Below, one piece after another: positions 13,435 through 25,703 of a stretch of DNA of 64,000 nt (within the stretch, counting starts at the first letter, position 1; each line of letters begins with the position of its first letter). The notes under the pieces were generated by a model, which was not told the DNA's origin, did no database searches, and saw only the letters and a list, made by a program, of their open reading frames with translations. The position numbers and the translations under genes were made by a program. The DNA is from Eledone cirrhosa (taxonomy: Eukaryota). Where the stretch lies: NCBI GenBank assembly GCA_964016885.1, contig OZ024754.1, positions 28,024,001 through 28,088,000 on the forward strand. Reading direction: 5' to 3'.

Positions 13435-15796
13435 CTATAGATCGGGGAACACACAAGCCAGGTAGATTATATCCTTACCAGGAGACGTGACAGAGTGTCT
13501 GTTGTAAACACTAAATCCCTCCCCCATGAAGAATGCACCTCTCAACATAGACTCATAAGAGGAAAGAAAGTTCAAGCATGTTCTACAACGTGAGGTGTTC
13601 AGGATTGCTAGGCAATGTGTCAAGGAAAACAGTGATATTGTCGGGGAGAAGTGTGTCCTTAATGATGATTGTGTACTTGCTATCACTGACGCTGATAAGA
13701 AGGTAGCTTGGAAGTGTCACTACGAAAGGCTATCGACCCAATAGAGGGACCAGCAGTGCAAGTTGAAGGTAGTATAATAAGTAAGGCGATCAAAGACATG
13801 AAAACGGGCAAGGCGGCCGGGTCTTCGGAAATAGTTGCTGAAATGCTGAAAGCATCTGGAACGGTGGGACACACTATGGTCACCCGGATAGTAAACCAAG
13901 TCATACAGAATGGGGTCGTTCCGAAGGACTGGCGCAGCAGCATCATCATTAACTGCTACAAGGGTAAAGGTGATGCCCTAGTTAGGGGAAACTATAGAGG
14001 CATTAAATTAATTGACCAGGCCATGAAGGTCACAGAAAAAGTAATAGCGCAACTAATCAGAGAGCGAATTGATCTAGACGAAATGCAGTTCGGGTTTGTG
14101 TCAGGTAAAAGTACAACAGACGCTCTTTTCATTGTACGACAACTACAGGAGAAGTACCTAGCTAAAAGTAAACCCCTATACTTAGCTTTTGTTGACTTGG
14201 AGAAAGCCTTTGACAGAGTACCCTGCTCGATTATCTGGTGGGCCCTTAGAAAACTAGGTGTTGATGAATGGCTTGTGAGAGCTATACAAGCCATGTATAA
14301 AGAAACAGTCAGCACGGTTAGAATTAACAACGAATATAGTGAAGTGTTTAGCGTAAAGGTTGGTGTTCTACAGGGCTCCATCCTTAGCCCCCTACTATTT
14401 ATTATTACCCTTCAGGCTATAACAGAGGAGTTCAAGACCGGCTGCCCATGGGAACTCCTATATGCAGATGATCTAACGCTCATAGCTGAATCAATGGCTG
14501 AACTAGAGAAGAAATTCCAAACATGGAAGCATGGCCTAGAATCAAAAGGCCTTAAAGTTAACTTGTCTAAGACTAAAGTTCTAGTTTGTAGGAAGGAAAA
14601 TAGGGCACCGGTCCCATCTGGGAAATGGCCATGCTCAGTGTGTAGGAAAGGAGTAGGCAGAAACTCAATTTTATGTCGCAAATGCAAAGTATGGGTGCAT
14701 AAAAGATGCAGTGGGATCACAGGTAAGCTAACTAAGACTATAGATTTTATATGTGGCCAGTGCTCTGGTGCAATAAGTAGCAGCAAGTGCCCACAGAATA
14801 CTAGCTCATTCCATTGCACAGATGGTTCTATAGAAATAGTGGACAGCTTCCGTTACCTGGATGACAAAATCAGCAGTGGGGGAAGGTGCTCTGAAAGTAC
14901 AGTAACTAGAGTCAGAACGGGATGGAAAAAGTTCAGAAAGCTTATACCACTATTGGCCGCTAAAGGGTTCTCTCTAAAAATGAAAGGCAGGCTGTATGAT
15001 GCCTGCATACGAACAGCAATGTTACATGGCAGTGAGACCTGGGCATTGTGTGCAGAGGATATACGCAGACTGGAGAGAAACGAAGCTTGCATGCTCCGCT
15101 GGATGTCTAATAGTAATATACGTGAACGGCAAAGCATAAACGAACTAAGGGAGAAATTAGGAATAAGAGGGATCAGATGTTGTTTACCAAGAGAAGACTA
15201 CGTTAGTACGGTCACGTGATGCGCATGAAAGACGACAGCTGTATAAAAAAGTACAGGGCGATAAAAATAGACGGTAGCCACGGAGTAGGCAGACCCAGAA
15301 AAACCTGGGACGACTTGATAAATTCCGACCTCACACACTTACACGTCTCCAAGACAATGTCACTGGACCGAGAGCTTTGGCGCTACACAGTTATACAGAA
15401 GACCCGCCTTGCCTAAGTACAAAGCGAAACCTACAGTCAGTAGGCACTTCTAACAAAATACACCCCCGTCCCACTACCCCCACCACATCCACACCACCCC
15501 CTTAAATGTGAAGTTATGTTGGTACCACAACATCCAGTCCGAAACAAATGAGGTCGTGTAGGTGTCACAACAAAAAAACACACAGTCCACGCTGTAATGT
15601 GGCCGTGTAAGTAACACGGTAAAAACCTCCCAGTCCACACTGTAAACGTGGTTGGTGTTAGGAAGGGCATCCAGCCGTAGAAAACCCGCCAGACAGTCCT
15701 ATACGAGCAGGACAACCAATCTTGCCTCAAGTGGGAAAACTCCCATCCAAACCCATGCAAGCGTGGAAGATGGACGTTAAACGATGATGATGATGA
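13435..15796 (+). mobile_element. 5'-truncated RTE LINE with a 503-aa RT ORF remnant (13708-15219)
   Basis: RT motifs GNYRGIKL, QFGF, FVDLEKAFDRV, QGSILSPLLF and YADD; frameshift near 15190; (GAT)n tail. Confidence 0.95.
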
Positions 15797-16464
15797 TATA
15801 TATATATATATATATAAAAGGGAGATAAACACAGATATAAACATATTTGTGTTCAAATTGCAAGGGACCAGATTTGCTAGGGTGAAAAAAATACTAACTA
15901 TTAACAATATGGTTTGCCAGACTCAATTTAAAACAATAAATCAAGAAAAGAAATACAAACCGATATTGGACAAGTGCCAGACACCCACACAGCTTTTGGT
16001 AGGCTGTTTTGCAATTTTAGCGAAGGGAATTACCAATTCTTTGCTCATCAGTGGGTGTAAAATTAGTAAACCCTTCACTTCTAAGTATCTCAGGAGACTG
16101 AATAGTGTGCGAATATAAAATAACGCACCATGACATCAGAACCTAGCGTGTCTCATAAACGTACACTACTAAAAATAGCAGTCAAGTTTACACGACATTT
16201 AAATTAGCAAACCCTATTGTTAATAGTTAGTATTGTTTTCACCCTAGCGAATCTGGTCCCTTGCGATTTGAACACGTTTATATCTGTGTTCATCTCCCTT
16301 TTATATTCAATTATATTACACAGCTCTGAAAAATCTCTTTCTTTGAGCTATTTAACTGTAAGAGACTATTTTGAGTTTCTAACTGAAAATATAGTCGGCT
16401 CCTTCAATGTTGTAGAGCTAATTTAAATGTTGTGTAAACTTGGCTGCTATTTTTAGTAGTGTAT

Positions 16465-17113
16465 GGCAAAACATAAATGAACTAAGTGAGAAATTAGGAA
16501 TAAGAGGGATCAGATGCTGTTTATTTGAGAGAAGATTACGTTGGTATGGTCACGTGCTGTGCATGAAAGAAGACAGCTGTATAAAAAAGTGCAGGGCGAT
16601 CAAAATTGCTGGAAGTTACGGAGTAGGTAGACCCAGAAAAACCTGGGACAACATGATAAATTCCGACCTTGCACACTTGCACCTCTCTAAGACAATGTCA
16701 TTGGACCGAGATCTTTGGCGCCACACAGTAATACAGAAGACCCTCCAAACCAAACATACACCCCAACCCACTACCCCTACTCCACTCTCCCACTCTGGCC
16801 AACCCCACTCTTTTCTTTATAAAGTTATGTTGGTACCACAACATCCAGTCCACACTTATGAGGTCCTGTAGGCGTCACAACAAAAAACACACATTCCACG
16901 CTGTAATGTGGTCATATAGATAACATGGTAAAAAAACTCCCAGTCCACACTGTAAATGTGGTTGGTGTTAGGAAGGGCATCCAGCCGTAGAAAACCTGCC
17001 AGATAGTCCTATACGAGCGAGATACGGTCACCCGACCAATCTTGCCTCAAGTGGAACAGCTCCCTTCCAACCAATGCTAGCGTGGAAGATGGACGTTAAA
17101 CGATGATGATGAT
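16465..17113 (+). mobile_element. RTE LINE 3' fragment
   Basis: RRLRWYGHV..GRPRKTW and the same 3'UTR and (GAT)n tail as the copies above. Confidence 0.9.
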
Positions 17114-17455
17114 GTGTATATATATATATATTATCATCATCATAAACGTTTAATGTTCACTTTTCACGCTAGCATGGGTCGGAGGGTTTGTTCCATTTGA
17201 GGCAAGTTGGGTCAGGTGACCATGTCTTGCTCTTATAGAACTGTTTCTGGCTAGATTTCTACAATTGGATGCCCCTCCTATCACCAACCCCACTTAGAGT
17301 GTGTGTGTGTGTTATGGAACTAGCTGTTGAAACAGCAAGAGGTCAGCTGTCGGGTCTCAAATCTTTATAATATAGATAGATTGATAGACAGGTAGATAAA
17401 CATATATATATGTATGTATATACATATATATATGTATGTATATACATACGTGTGT

Positions 17456-17725
17456 CAGAGGCGAAGGGTGCGTGCATGCATTATAGAACCTTCAGTTGAT
17501 CAATTGCGTCGGTTGAAGCAAGCAGAATTTTGGCTGCTTACTAAACCGTAGACACATAAAAAGATTACACACACACACACACACTAGATAACAGTACATG
17601 CGGCTTTGACCAGGAGGGTCATTTAGAGGGAATTGTGGGGGGGGGGGGGTAAGGCCGCACAGCCCCACTTTCCGCGATGGCTATTGGACTGCATGCCCTG
17701 CTTTCCAGGTTACCATTCGCCACTG
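17456..17725. mobile_element. hAT-type MITE
   Basis: TIRs CAGAGGCGAAGGG / CCATTCGCCACTG; exact 8-bp TSD ACGTGTGT on both sides. Confidence 0.85.
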
Positions 17726-17727
17726 AC

Positions 17728-17787
<60 letters not shown>

Positions 17788-17809
17788 TTGCAGAGAGAGA
17801 GAGAAATAA

Positions 17810-18019
<210 letters not shown>

Positions 18020-18956
18020 TAATTCCTGGACCAGGTGGGGGCGTTGTGTTCTTGGAAAAGGTGCTTCAGGATAAGACTAGGGTCCCTATCATTAAAATAC
18101 CCCCAAAACCTACTATGAGCTGCAAGCTTGTACAAGGCCAGCTGTATAGGTGTAAGCTGTCATTTCTTTCTAAACCAAATACACACCAACACATGATACC
18201 ACACTTTATTGTTGTTCTGGTTCACATCTACAAATAAATAACTGGACTACTGTATTCTTACATCTCATAGCTGGTTTCCTATCATACCACACTTGAATCA
18301 TGAATAATTTTTCCTAAACATTTTCATCCCATGTCAGTGCAGGCCTGACCCTTCTATAAACAACAGTCTTGAAACATCCTCTCATGGAGCCATCACAACC
18401 TTGTCTCTTTCAACATCTCCAAAACACAATTATAACTCATATCTAAGAAAGCTATTACAATGCTAACCTCTTTAGACCATTCCTTACAGTATTTCTAATA
18501 AAAGACACTGTTGATTATATTCAAATAATTTTGAAAATAATCAAGAATTTAACTTAGTCATTATTAAGCTGGTGTCTCTCTCCTCCTCCCTTTCTTTTGC
18601 CCTTTAGCATTTACACATAATTATCTCACATAATATCGAATCTACGCGATTTTAATGTTATTTATTTTGAGAAAACTAGCCTTAACATAAGTATTAGCAG
18701 CTAGTTACGGTCAGTTTGAAAAGAAAGAGGTGAGAGAATTCCTGCCAGTTTAAATACTAAAGTTTTAATCTTTCTTTCTTTTTCTACTTTTCGTTTTCCT
18801 TTCTGTTCCTTTTCTGCTCCCTTTAGTCGTGTGTTTTGTTTTTATTAAATACAGCTCAATTATTTTTATATAATGCCAATGGCTTTTCATGACATTGTGA
18901 GACTTTGTATATTGAATAAATAATAATTTAAAGTTGTGTCATTTCGTCTGTTTCAG

Positions 18957-19015
18957 TTATCCTATGTAGCAGAAGATGAGAGTGGTAAAATTGTAGGATA
19001 TGTTCTGGCAAAAAT
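18957..19015 (+). CDS. NAA10: NAA10 exon 3 (LSYVAEDESGKIVGYVLAK)
   Basis: Conserved Naa10 sequence; TTTCAG acceptor, GTAAGT donor; ends in phase 2. Confidence 0.96.
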
Positions 19016-20449
19016 GTAAGTATAATTTTTTAGCAGTGTTGTACAGCTAAGCTATTCTACAAAATGTTTTGGACATTTTTTTTAATTGTTGAAAGAATTT
19101 TTCCATCATTTCATCTGTTATATACTAGAAAACCCACAACCACTCCTTCTTAGCCACTTCCTCTCACATTCTCTAATATATGGCCTTAATCGTTGTTAAC
19201 TGTCACAGCTGCATAGGTTTAACTGGCCTCCTATGGCATTGCATTTCATAGGAAGTTTCTTTAAATGTCTTAATGATAGTCCTGATTTCTTTCAGAGAGA
19301 GGAAGAATTGATTCCTGTATTGGACTTGTATTTTATAGACAGTGTCTTCTAGCAAGGCTTCTCGTCAATCCTTGCCTTGTGAATTAATTTGGAAAAATGG
19401 AGCCTGTACAGAGGACTTCAGATCATTGGATGGCTGACCCAATCTGGCTCTTGTCTTTAATAAAGTCCATTCTGTTTCAGGCATTCAAACCCAGACCTAT
19501 ACTGCTTCCTTCTGCAGTAACTCCTATACTGTGGTCTCCTCTTCCCCTTAGCCCACCCACCAGTCTATGAGACCCTGAAGTTGAATTATGGATATTGCCT
19601 TTCTTTCTCTGGCTAAGCGATAAAAATATAATTGCTTAACCCTTTTATTACCATATTTCTAATGAAAGACACTGCCTATGATTTTCAAATAATTTAGAAA
19701 ATAATCACGAATTTGAAGGGCTTTCTCATTATTAAGTTGGCATTTGAAACATAACTTAACCCTTTAACATCTACATTACTCTATATTTACGATTATATTT
19801 TCATGGTAAAGGCTTTACCTCACATAATATCAAATCCATTAGATTTTGTTATTATTTATTTTGCAAACAATACCTTAACATTAGTATGAGTGGCCAGTTA
19901 TGGTGGGTTTCAATAGAAAGAGGTGAGAGAATTCTGGTCGCATATGGCCAGTTTAAATGCTAAAAAGTTAAATAACATTATGATGGAAAGTTTTTTAGAT
20001 AAATATGATCACTTATGAATTCACTGCTTTTGGTTGTTCTATATTTTTATTTGAAATTTACCAGCTTTGCTTCTCAGTCTTTGTAAAAGTGTTTCTTTTT
20101 TTTTTTTTATATCTATATTTGTTTGTTTTGTAAATCCATTGTGTTGTAGTTACATTTTGTTTTGATTTCCATCAATATTATTTATTTCCCTCACTATTTA
20201 GCTTAGTGGTTAGGCCATACAGTTATTAACCCCATATTGTCCTTGAGCAAGACACAGTGCTGCAGTCCAGTCAGCTGATAAAAAATGAGTTGCATTGACA
20301 CTGATGCCAAGCTTTATCAGCTTTTGCCTTTCCCTTAGACAACATCATATATAATGTATATATTGTGTATATATATGAGCTGCTATGACACTGGTACCAA
20401 GCTCTATCAGGCCTTGGGCAATATCATATATAGTGTATATTTACCGTAT

Positions 20450-20614
20450 ACAGTAAAATTCCGTTATAACGAAATTCAGTTTTTAAAAGAATTTGCTGTA
20501 ACGAAAAGTCTTTATAATGAGATTAACCCAACACATTAAGCCAGGGATTGAAAAAAGTTTTGTTATACTGAAAAATGTGTTATAATGGTATTCATTATAA
20601 CAGAAGTTTACATG
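20450..20614. mobile_element. Tc1/pogo-type MITE
   Basis: Imperfect TIRs CAGTAAAATTCCGTTATAACGAA / TTCATTATAACAGAAGTTTACATG, flanked by TA. Confidence 0.65.
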
Positions 20615-21068
20615 TAAACAAGACCATTATTGCTCCAACCAGTCTATTCATCATCAATAACTACTCATATATACACTTACACTACCCATATGCACCATAT
20701 ACATATATATAGAACAATGTGTTGACTTCCTACCTCAGCTTATAAACAAGGTTTGGATTTTTGCCTATTTTTCAGACATAAAATAGGGGTTGGCTTATAT
20801 TCGAGTATATATGTTAGGGGTTTTACATGGCTAAATAGCAATGCTTAATCAAGCACACCTTGCAATATACAACGGAGGTGTGGTAAGGAACCAGATGGAC
20901 CATAACGCACCAGAGTACTCAATACTTAGGGTAGTAGAGTGGGTAATAGGAAAATGTTTAACCCCGACGGCAGAGTTCAAGCCGTTTCGACAGCTATTTC
21001 AGAAATAGCCGTCGAAACAGCTTGAGCTCTGCCGTCGGGGTTAAACATTTTCCTATATATATATATAT

Positions 21069-21120
<52 letters not shown>

Positions 21121-21453
21121 GGCACCCAGTGTTAGAAACCAAAACAAAAAGTGTACAAGCAGGACAAAGCCACCGTAGAATCTAATTTAATTCTGTTGAT
21201 CAAGAGATAGTTCCCAACCTTAATTCTTAATTTACTTCAAGTTCATGAACAGAAGACATAGTCTTTAATGGACAAAGCGTATTTTCCACTGGAAGTAACA
21301 GTTGGAGTCACAATAATGTGGCCCTTGAGTGGGAAAATATACAAAAAATATATATATATATGTTCCCACAAACATCAAAATATATATATATATGTGTGTG
21401 TGTGTACAGTCTAGAACTAGCTGTTGGAACACCAACAGCTCAGCCGTCATATA

Positions 21454-21489
<36 letters not shown>

Positions 21490-21692
21490 AGAACTAGCTG
21501 TTGGAACACCAACAGCTCAGCCGTCATATAATATATATATATCTACATAAACATATATATAACTAGACAGAAATATTTATAAATTAAAAGAAAAAAGCCC
21601 ATGTGTAGCTATTTAGTAAAGTGTATGTGTAGTATTATCCTATTTTACGTTTTATTTTATTCTTCCAGTGAAAGAAGTTCTTCTATTTACAG

Positions 21693-21741
21693 GGAAGAGG
21701 ACCCGGAAGATTCTGTCCCTCATGGACACATAACATCACTG
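21693..21741 (+). CDS. NAA10: NAA10 exon 4 (EEDPEDSVPHGHITSL)
   Basis: HGHITSL motif; TACAG acceptor, GTAGGT donor; phase consistent with neighbours. Confidence 0.95.
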
Positions 21742-22499
21742 GTAGGTTGTTAACTCTTGGCCGTTCTAAACACTAATCAAGCCAGATTGCCGTGGAGAAC
21801 AGTTTTTTTCACCCTCGCCTACCCAAAAATATAAAAAAACACCACCACACCACCACTTGTATGCGATCTGACCCTCGCAATTGCAGCATGCGTCTCGTTG
21901 CAAAAAATATGTTTATCAAAGACATATGCTGTGTTTCAACGGAATGGATTGCCTTGGTGACTTCAGCGTGGAATAGAATAGAGATTTGTTTCTAAAACCT
22001 CTGCAGTGTACTGTGTGTGCCAATTCTTTCATCTATTTCATTGTTTAAATTTAAATTTTCTTCTCACAAAGTTTGTTTAATTTTCTCTGGTTGTTTGTGT
22101 GATTTTTTTTGATTTTTTTCAATGATTCCTTCAACAATATGTATGTCTCTCTCTGTGTATATATATATGTGTGTGTGTGTATAGATATATATATACCATC
22201 ATCATCAACGTTTAATGTCAATTTTCCATGCTTGCATGGGTTAGACGGATTGTCACATTATGGGACAAGTCAGATCAAGTGACCATGCCTTGTTCATACA
22301 GATCATAATATTACATATATATATATATATATATATTTTTATATTATGGTTCTGTTCCTGTAGAACTTCTTGTGTGTTACAAGCATATTCAGCCTGCTGA
22401 ACACTAACACATAACATACAAGAGAAACTCCAGAATAACAGGCTACTAGCTCAACCTTGGTATTGAGTAATCATTCTCACATTTATCAATATTTAACAG

Positions 22500-22535
<36 letters not shown>

Positions 22536-22969
22536 ATGTATATATATAGTTTGGGGGTTATTTGAAAGGTTATGTGTGCTTGTATATACTAACTTGAATG
22601 GTTACATATTACATTGCTGTTAAATGAATGATGAATATATGTGCTATAAATAATAAAATTAATGATATCTTATTATTCTATGTGATTTGGATGAAATTTT
22701 GAAAATATCTTTTTCCTGTTTTTTTTTCTTGTGTGTTTCTGTTAAAAAAAAAAAACTGTTCCAAACTATTTGGATCAGCCAGAGCTATGGAAGTTCTTTC
22801 CCCTGCTTCTCAACACCCAAATACCTCGAGAGTAAATTTTGGTCTTGAAATTGCAGAGATAGTCTTGGCTAATTGAAGTTTTTGTCCTGACTTGCCATAT
22901 TCAATCAGCAAGACTTAATTTGTATTTAATTAATTAATAGTATATAATTGTGACACAAATAGCATTTAA

Positions 22970-23169
22970 CCCTTTCGCATTTACATTACTCTATATATAC
23001 TATTGTATTTTCACGGTAAAACTTTATCTCACATAATATCGAATCTATGAGATTTTGATATTTTGTGAACAATACCTTAACATCAATATATGTGGCCAGT
23101 TGCAGCCAGATTGAACAGAAAAAGGTGAGAGAATTCTGGCCAGATACAGCCGGTTTAAATGCTAAAGGG
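22970..23169. mobile_element. piggyBac-type MITE (related copies ~18600-18765 and 19760-19968)
   Basis: TIRs CCCTTTCGCATTTA / TAAATGCTAAAGGG, flanked by TTAA on both sides. Confidence 0.85.
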
Positions 23170-23770
23170 TTAATTATAAATGTTTGAATGATTTGTATTT
23201 TCACTTATAGTAATTTCTGTTGTCATCTTCATCATCATTCGCCTGCTGTTCCATGCTGGCATGTGTTGGATAAGTCATTACAGACCAAATCATTTCTTAA
23301 TCTGAACTATAGCCTGTTTAAATAGGCTAGGAGACCATTCCTCTCACTTATGTTTCAGTTTTTGGCATGGCTTCTACAGCTTGATTTCTTTCCTAATACA
23401 AACTACATTACAGAGTGTCCTAGGTGCATTTTATTGCAGTGCCAGTACTAGGTGAGTTTTCATGTCCTCAATATGAGTGAAAACTCCTCTCAACCAGTTT
23501 TTGGTTTGTTTCTGTAGTTGGTGCTATGATAAAATGTACTCAGTTCACTCTGTAAGGGGTTTGATGTGAGGTAGGGTATCCATGCCCTAATGTGGAGTAG
23601 ACATAGTTATTTAACCCTGTCTTGTTTTGGACTGTGGTGACCCAACACTTGCCATCATGAAAGACAGCTGTAAAATAATGACAATGATAAAAATATTGTA
23701 ATTACTTATGTGTGACCATTTTCAGGGATTATTCTTTATCTTATTCTGTTGTTTTGTCTTTCCTTACTAG

Positions 23771-23932
<162 letters not shown>

Positions 23933-24413
23933 TAAGTTTTTTTATGCTTATGTATATATATATATATATGTATTTGTTTTTTGTTTTTTTGTACTAGTCT
24001 CTTAAAAATGTCTGGCTTTACGCATCATTATCAGCATTAGTTTTATGTCCAATTTTCCATGTTTCCTTGAATTAGACAAGTCATATAACATCTCTCCACT
24101 TGTTTCTTTCCTTTATCATCTCTTTTGAGAGTCTATTTTCTTTTTAGAACAACTTTCACCACTTCTGCCTTTGTCTTGATCTTTCCCTTCCACAACTTCC
24201 ACTTGGAACTCCTGGCACTTCTTCACCAGCAATCATCATCAAAAACCATTACATGTCCATACTAAATTAATCTTTACTCCTACACACAACATCTCATATC
24301 TGTTCTACTCAGTTTTTCTCTCAGATTACCCATATGTCTCAGTAAGGAAATATTGAATAGTTTGAAGTTTAAATGTTCATTATTTCTAACAATATTCTTG
24401 TTGTTTTAATCAG

Positions 24414-24498
24414 AATCAGTGAAGTAGAACCCAAGTATTACGCTGATGGTGAAGATGCCTATGCAATGAGACGAGATTTATCAGAGTTTATAGATAAA
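24414..24498 (+). CDS. NAA10: NAA10 exon 6 ([28 protein letters not shown])
   Basis: [12 protein letters not shown] motif; ATCAG acceptor, GTAAGT donor. Confidence 0.96.
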
Positions 24499-24827
24499 GT
24501 AAGTGCTATTTACATAATGGTTGTTTTAGGCTTATTAAAAGTAAGTGTGATTTACATAATGGTTGTTTTAGACTTATTAAAAGTAAGTGTGATTTACATA
24601 ATGGTTGTTTTAGACTTATTAAAAGTAAGTGTTATTTACATAATGGTTGTTTTAGACTTATTAAAAGTAAGTGTTATTTACATAGTGACTGTTGAGCTTA
24701 TTAAAAGTAAGTGCTATTTACATAGTGACTGTTGAGCTTATTAAAAGTAAGTGTTATTTATATAATGGTTGTTTTAGACTTATTAAAAGTAAGTGTTATT
24801 TACATAGTGACTGTTGAGCTTATTAAA
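24499..24827 (+). repeat. 40-42 bp minisatellite (8 units) starting at the NAA10 exon 6 donor
   Basis: GTAAGT recurs at 24499, 24541, 24583, 24625, 24667, 24707, 24747 and 24789. Confidence 0.95.
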
Positions 24828-25429
24828 ACAATGCAACAAAGAAAACAGAGACAGGGTGTGCTAACCACTATACAAATTAGTGTATATATCCCCATTCTAG
24901 TATATGTACGCTATATCTTAGAGTTGTAAGAGATAACTAAAAGGGTTGGTGTCATGTAGGGCCACATTGCCTCAGAATGGGGAACTATAATATCTTTTGT
25001 TGGGACCTGCAATGCTAACCACCCCCACACACACTTTAACAGTGGAATTAAACATTGACCAACATAGTTGCAAGGGGAATTTCTTAACCACACTCTTGTG
25101 TTTTTGTTCTCTTTACTGCAAGAGATTAGTTTGTATGTTATCTTGGAATTATTATTGTACAACAATGCTTCTAAATGTACTAACCTCCAGGTAGAAAAAA
25201 ATATTTAACATCCATTCTTCTATACTGGAATGGCTTTGATAGAAAACTCTTTACTTAGTAGCAGCTATTGTTCTTCAGGGACCATTTCTTGCTTACATGC
25301 ATTTAGGTTTTGACACAGTTTCTACAGCTGGATGCCCTTCCTATCACCAACCACTTTACAGAATGTAGTGGGTGCACTATTTGTTGATTATTTCAAATAT
25401 AAAAGTTTGTTTTTCTTTGTCATTGCCAG

Positions 25430-25462
25430 GATTACCAAAAAGCCGCTATTCAGCAGAGTTAA
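25430..25462 (+). CDS. NAA10: NAA10 probable last coding exon (DYQKAAIQQS*); total protein 168 aa
   Basis: Pyrimidine tract plus GCCAG acceptor, in-frame TAA. A donor GTAAGT follows at 25488; a probable 3'UTR exon starts at 26083 with AATAAA at 26209. Confidence 0.7.
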   Translation, partial: DYQKAAIQQS

Positions 25463-25514
25463 TATTTTAACTATATGGACAATTTAGGTAAGTCTTCATT
25501 ATACTATAACAAAG

Positions 25515-25703
25515 GGCGGTGAATTGGCAGTATCGGTAGAGGGTTGGACGCCATGCTTTGACGCATAGTTACGGCCCTTTGCATTCTGAGTTCAAATCCC
25601 GCCGAGGTTAACTTTGCCTTTCATCCTTATGGGGTCGATAAAATAAAGTACCAGTAATGTACTGGGTAATTGCTGGCCTTGTGCCAAAAGTAGAAACAAT
25701 TAT
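25515..25703 (+). mobile_element. Second tRNA-derived SINE family (Nin/Deu-like core); other copies at ~4410-4710, 5450-5635, 11487-11597, 26510-26920 and 62030-62440
   Basis: B-box GAGTTCAAATCC, core GCCTTTCATCCTT..GGGGTCGATAAAATAAAGTACCAG, tail TGCTGGCCTTGTGCCAAAAGTAGAAACAATTAT repeated across the window. Confidence 0.8.

Noticed and set aside
24499-24827. CRISPR-like periodic array
   Set aside because: No unique spacers, no cas genes, eukaryotic intron; it is a minisatellite.
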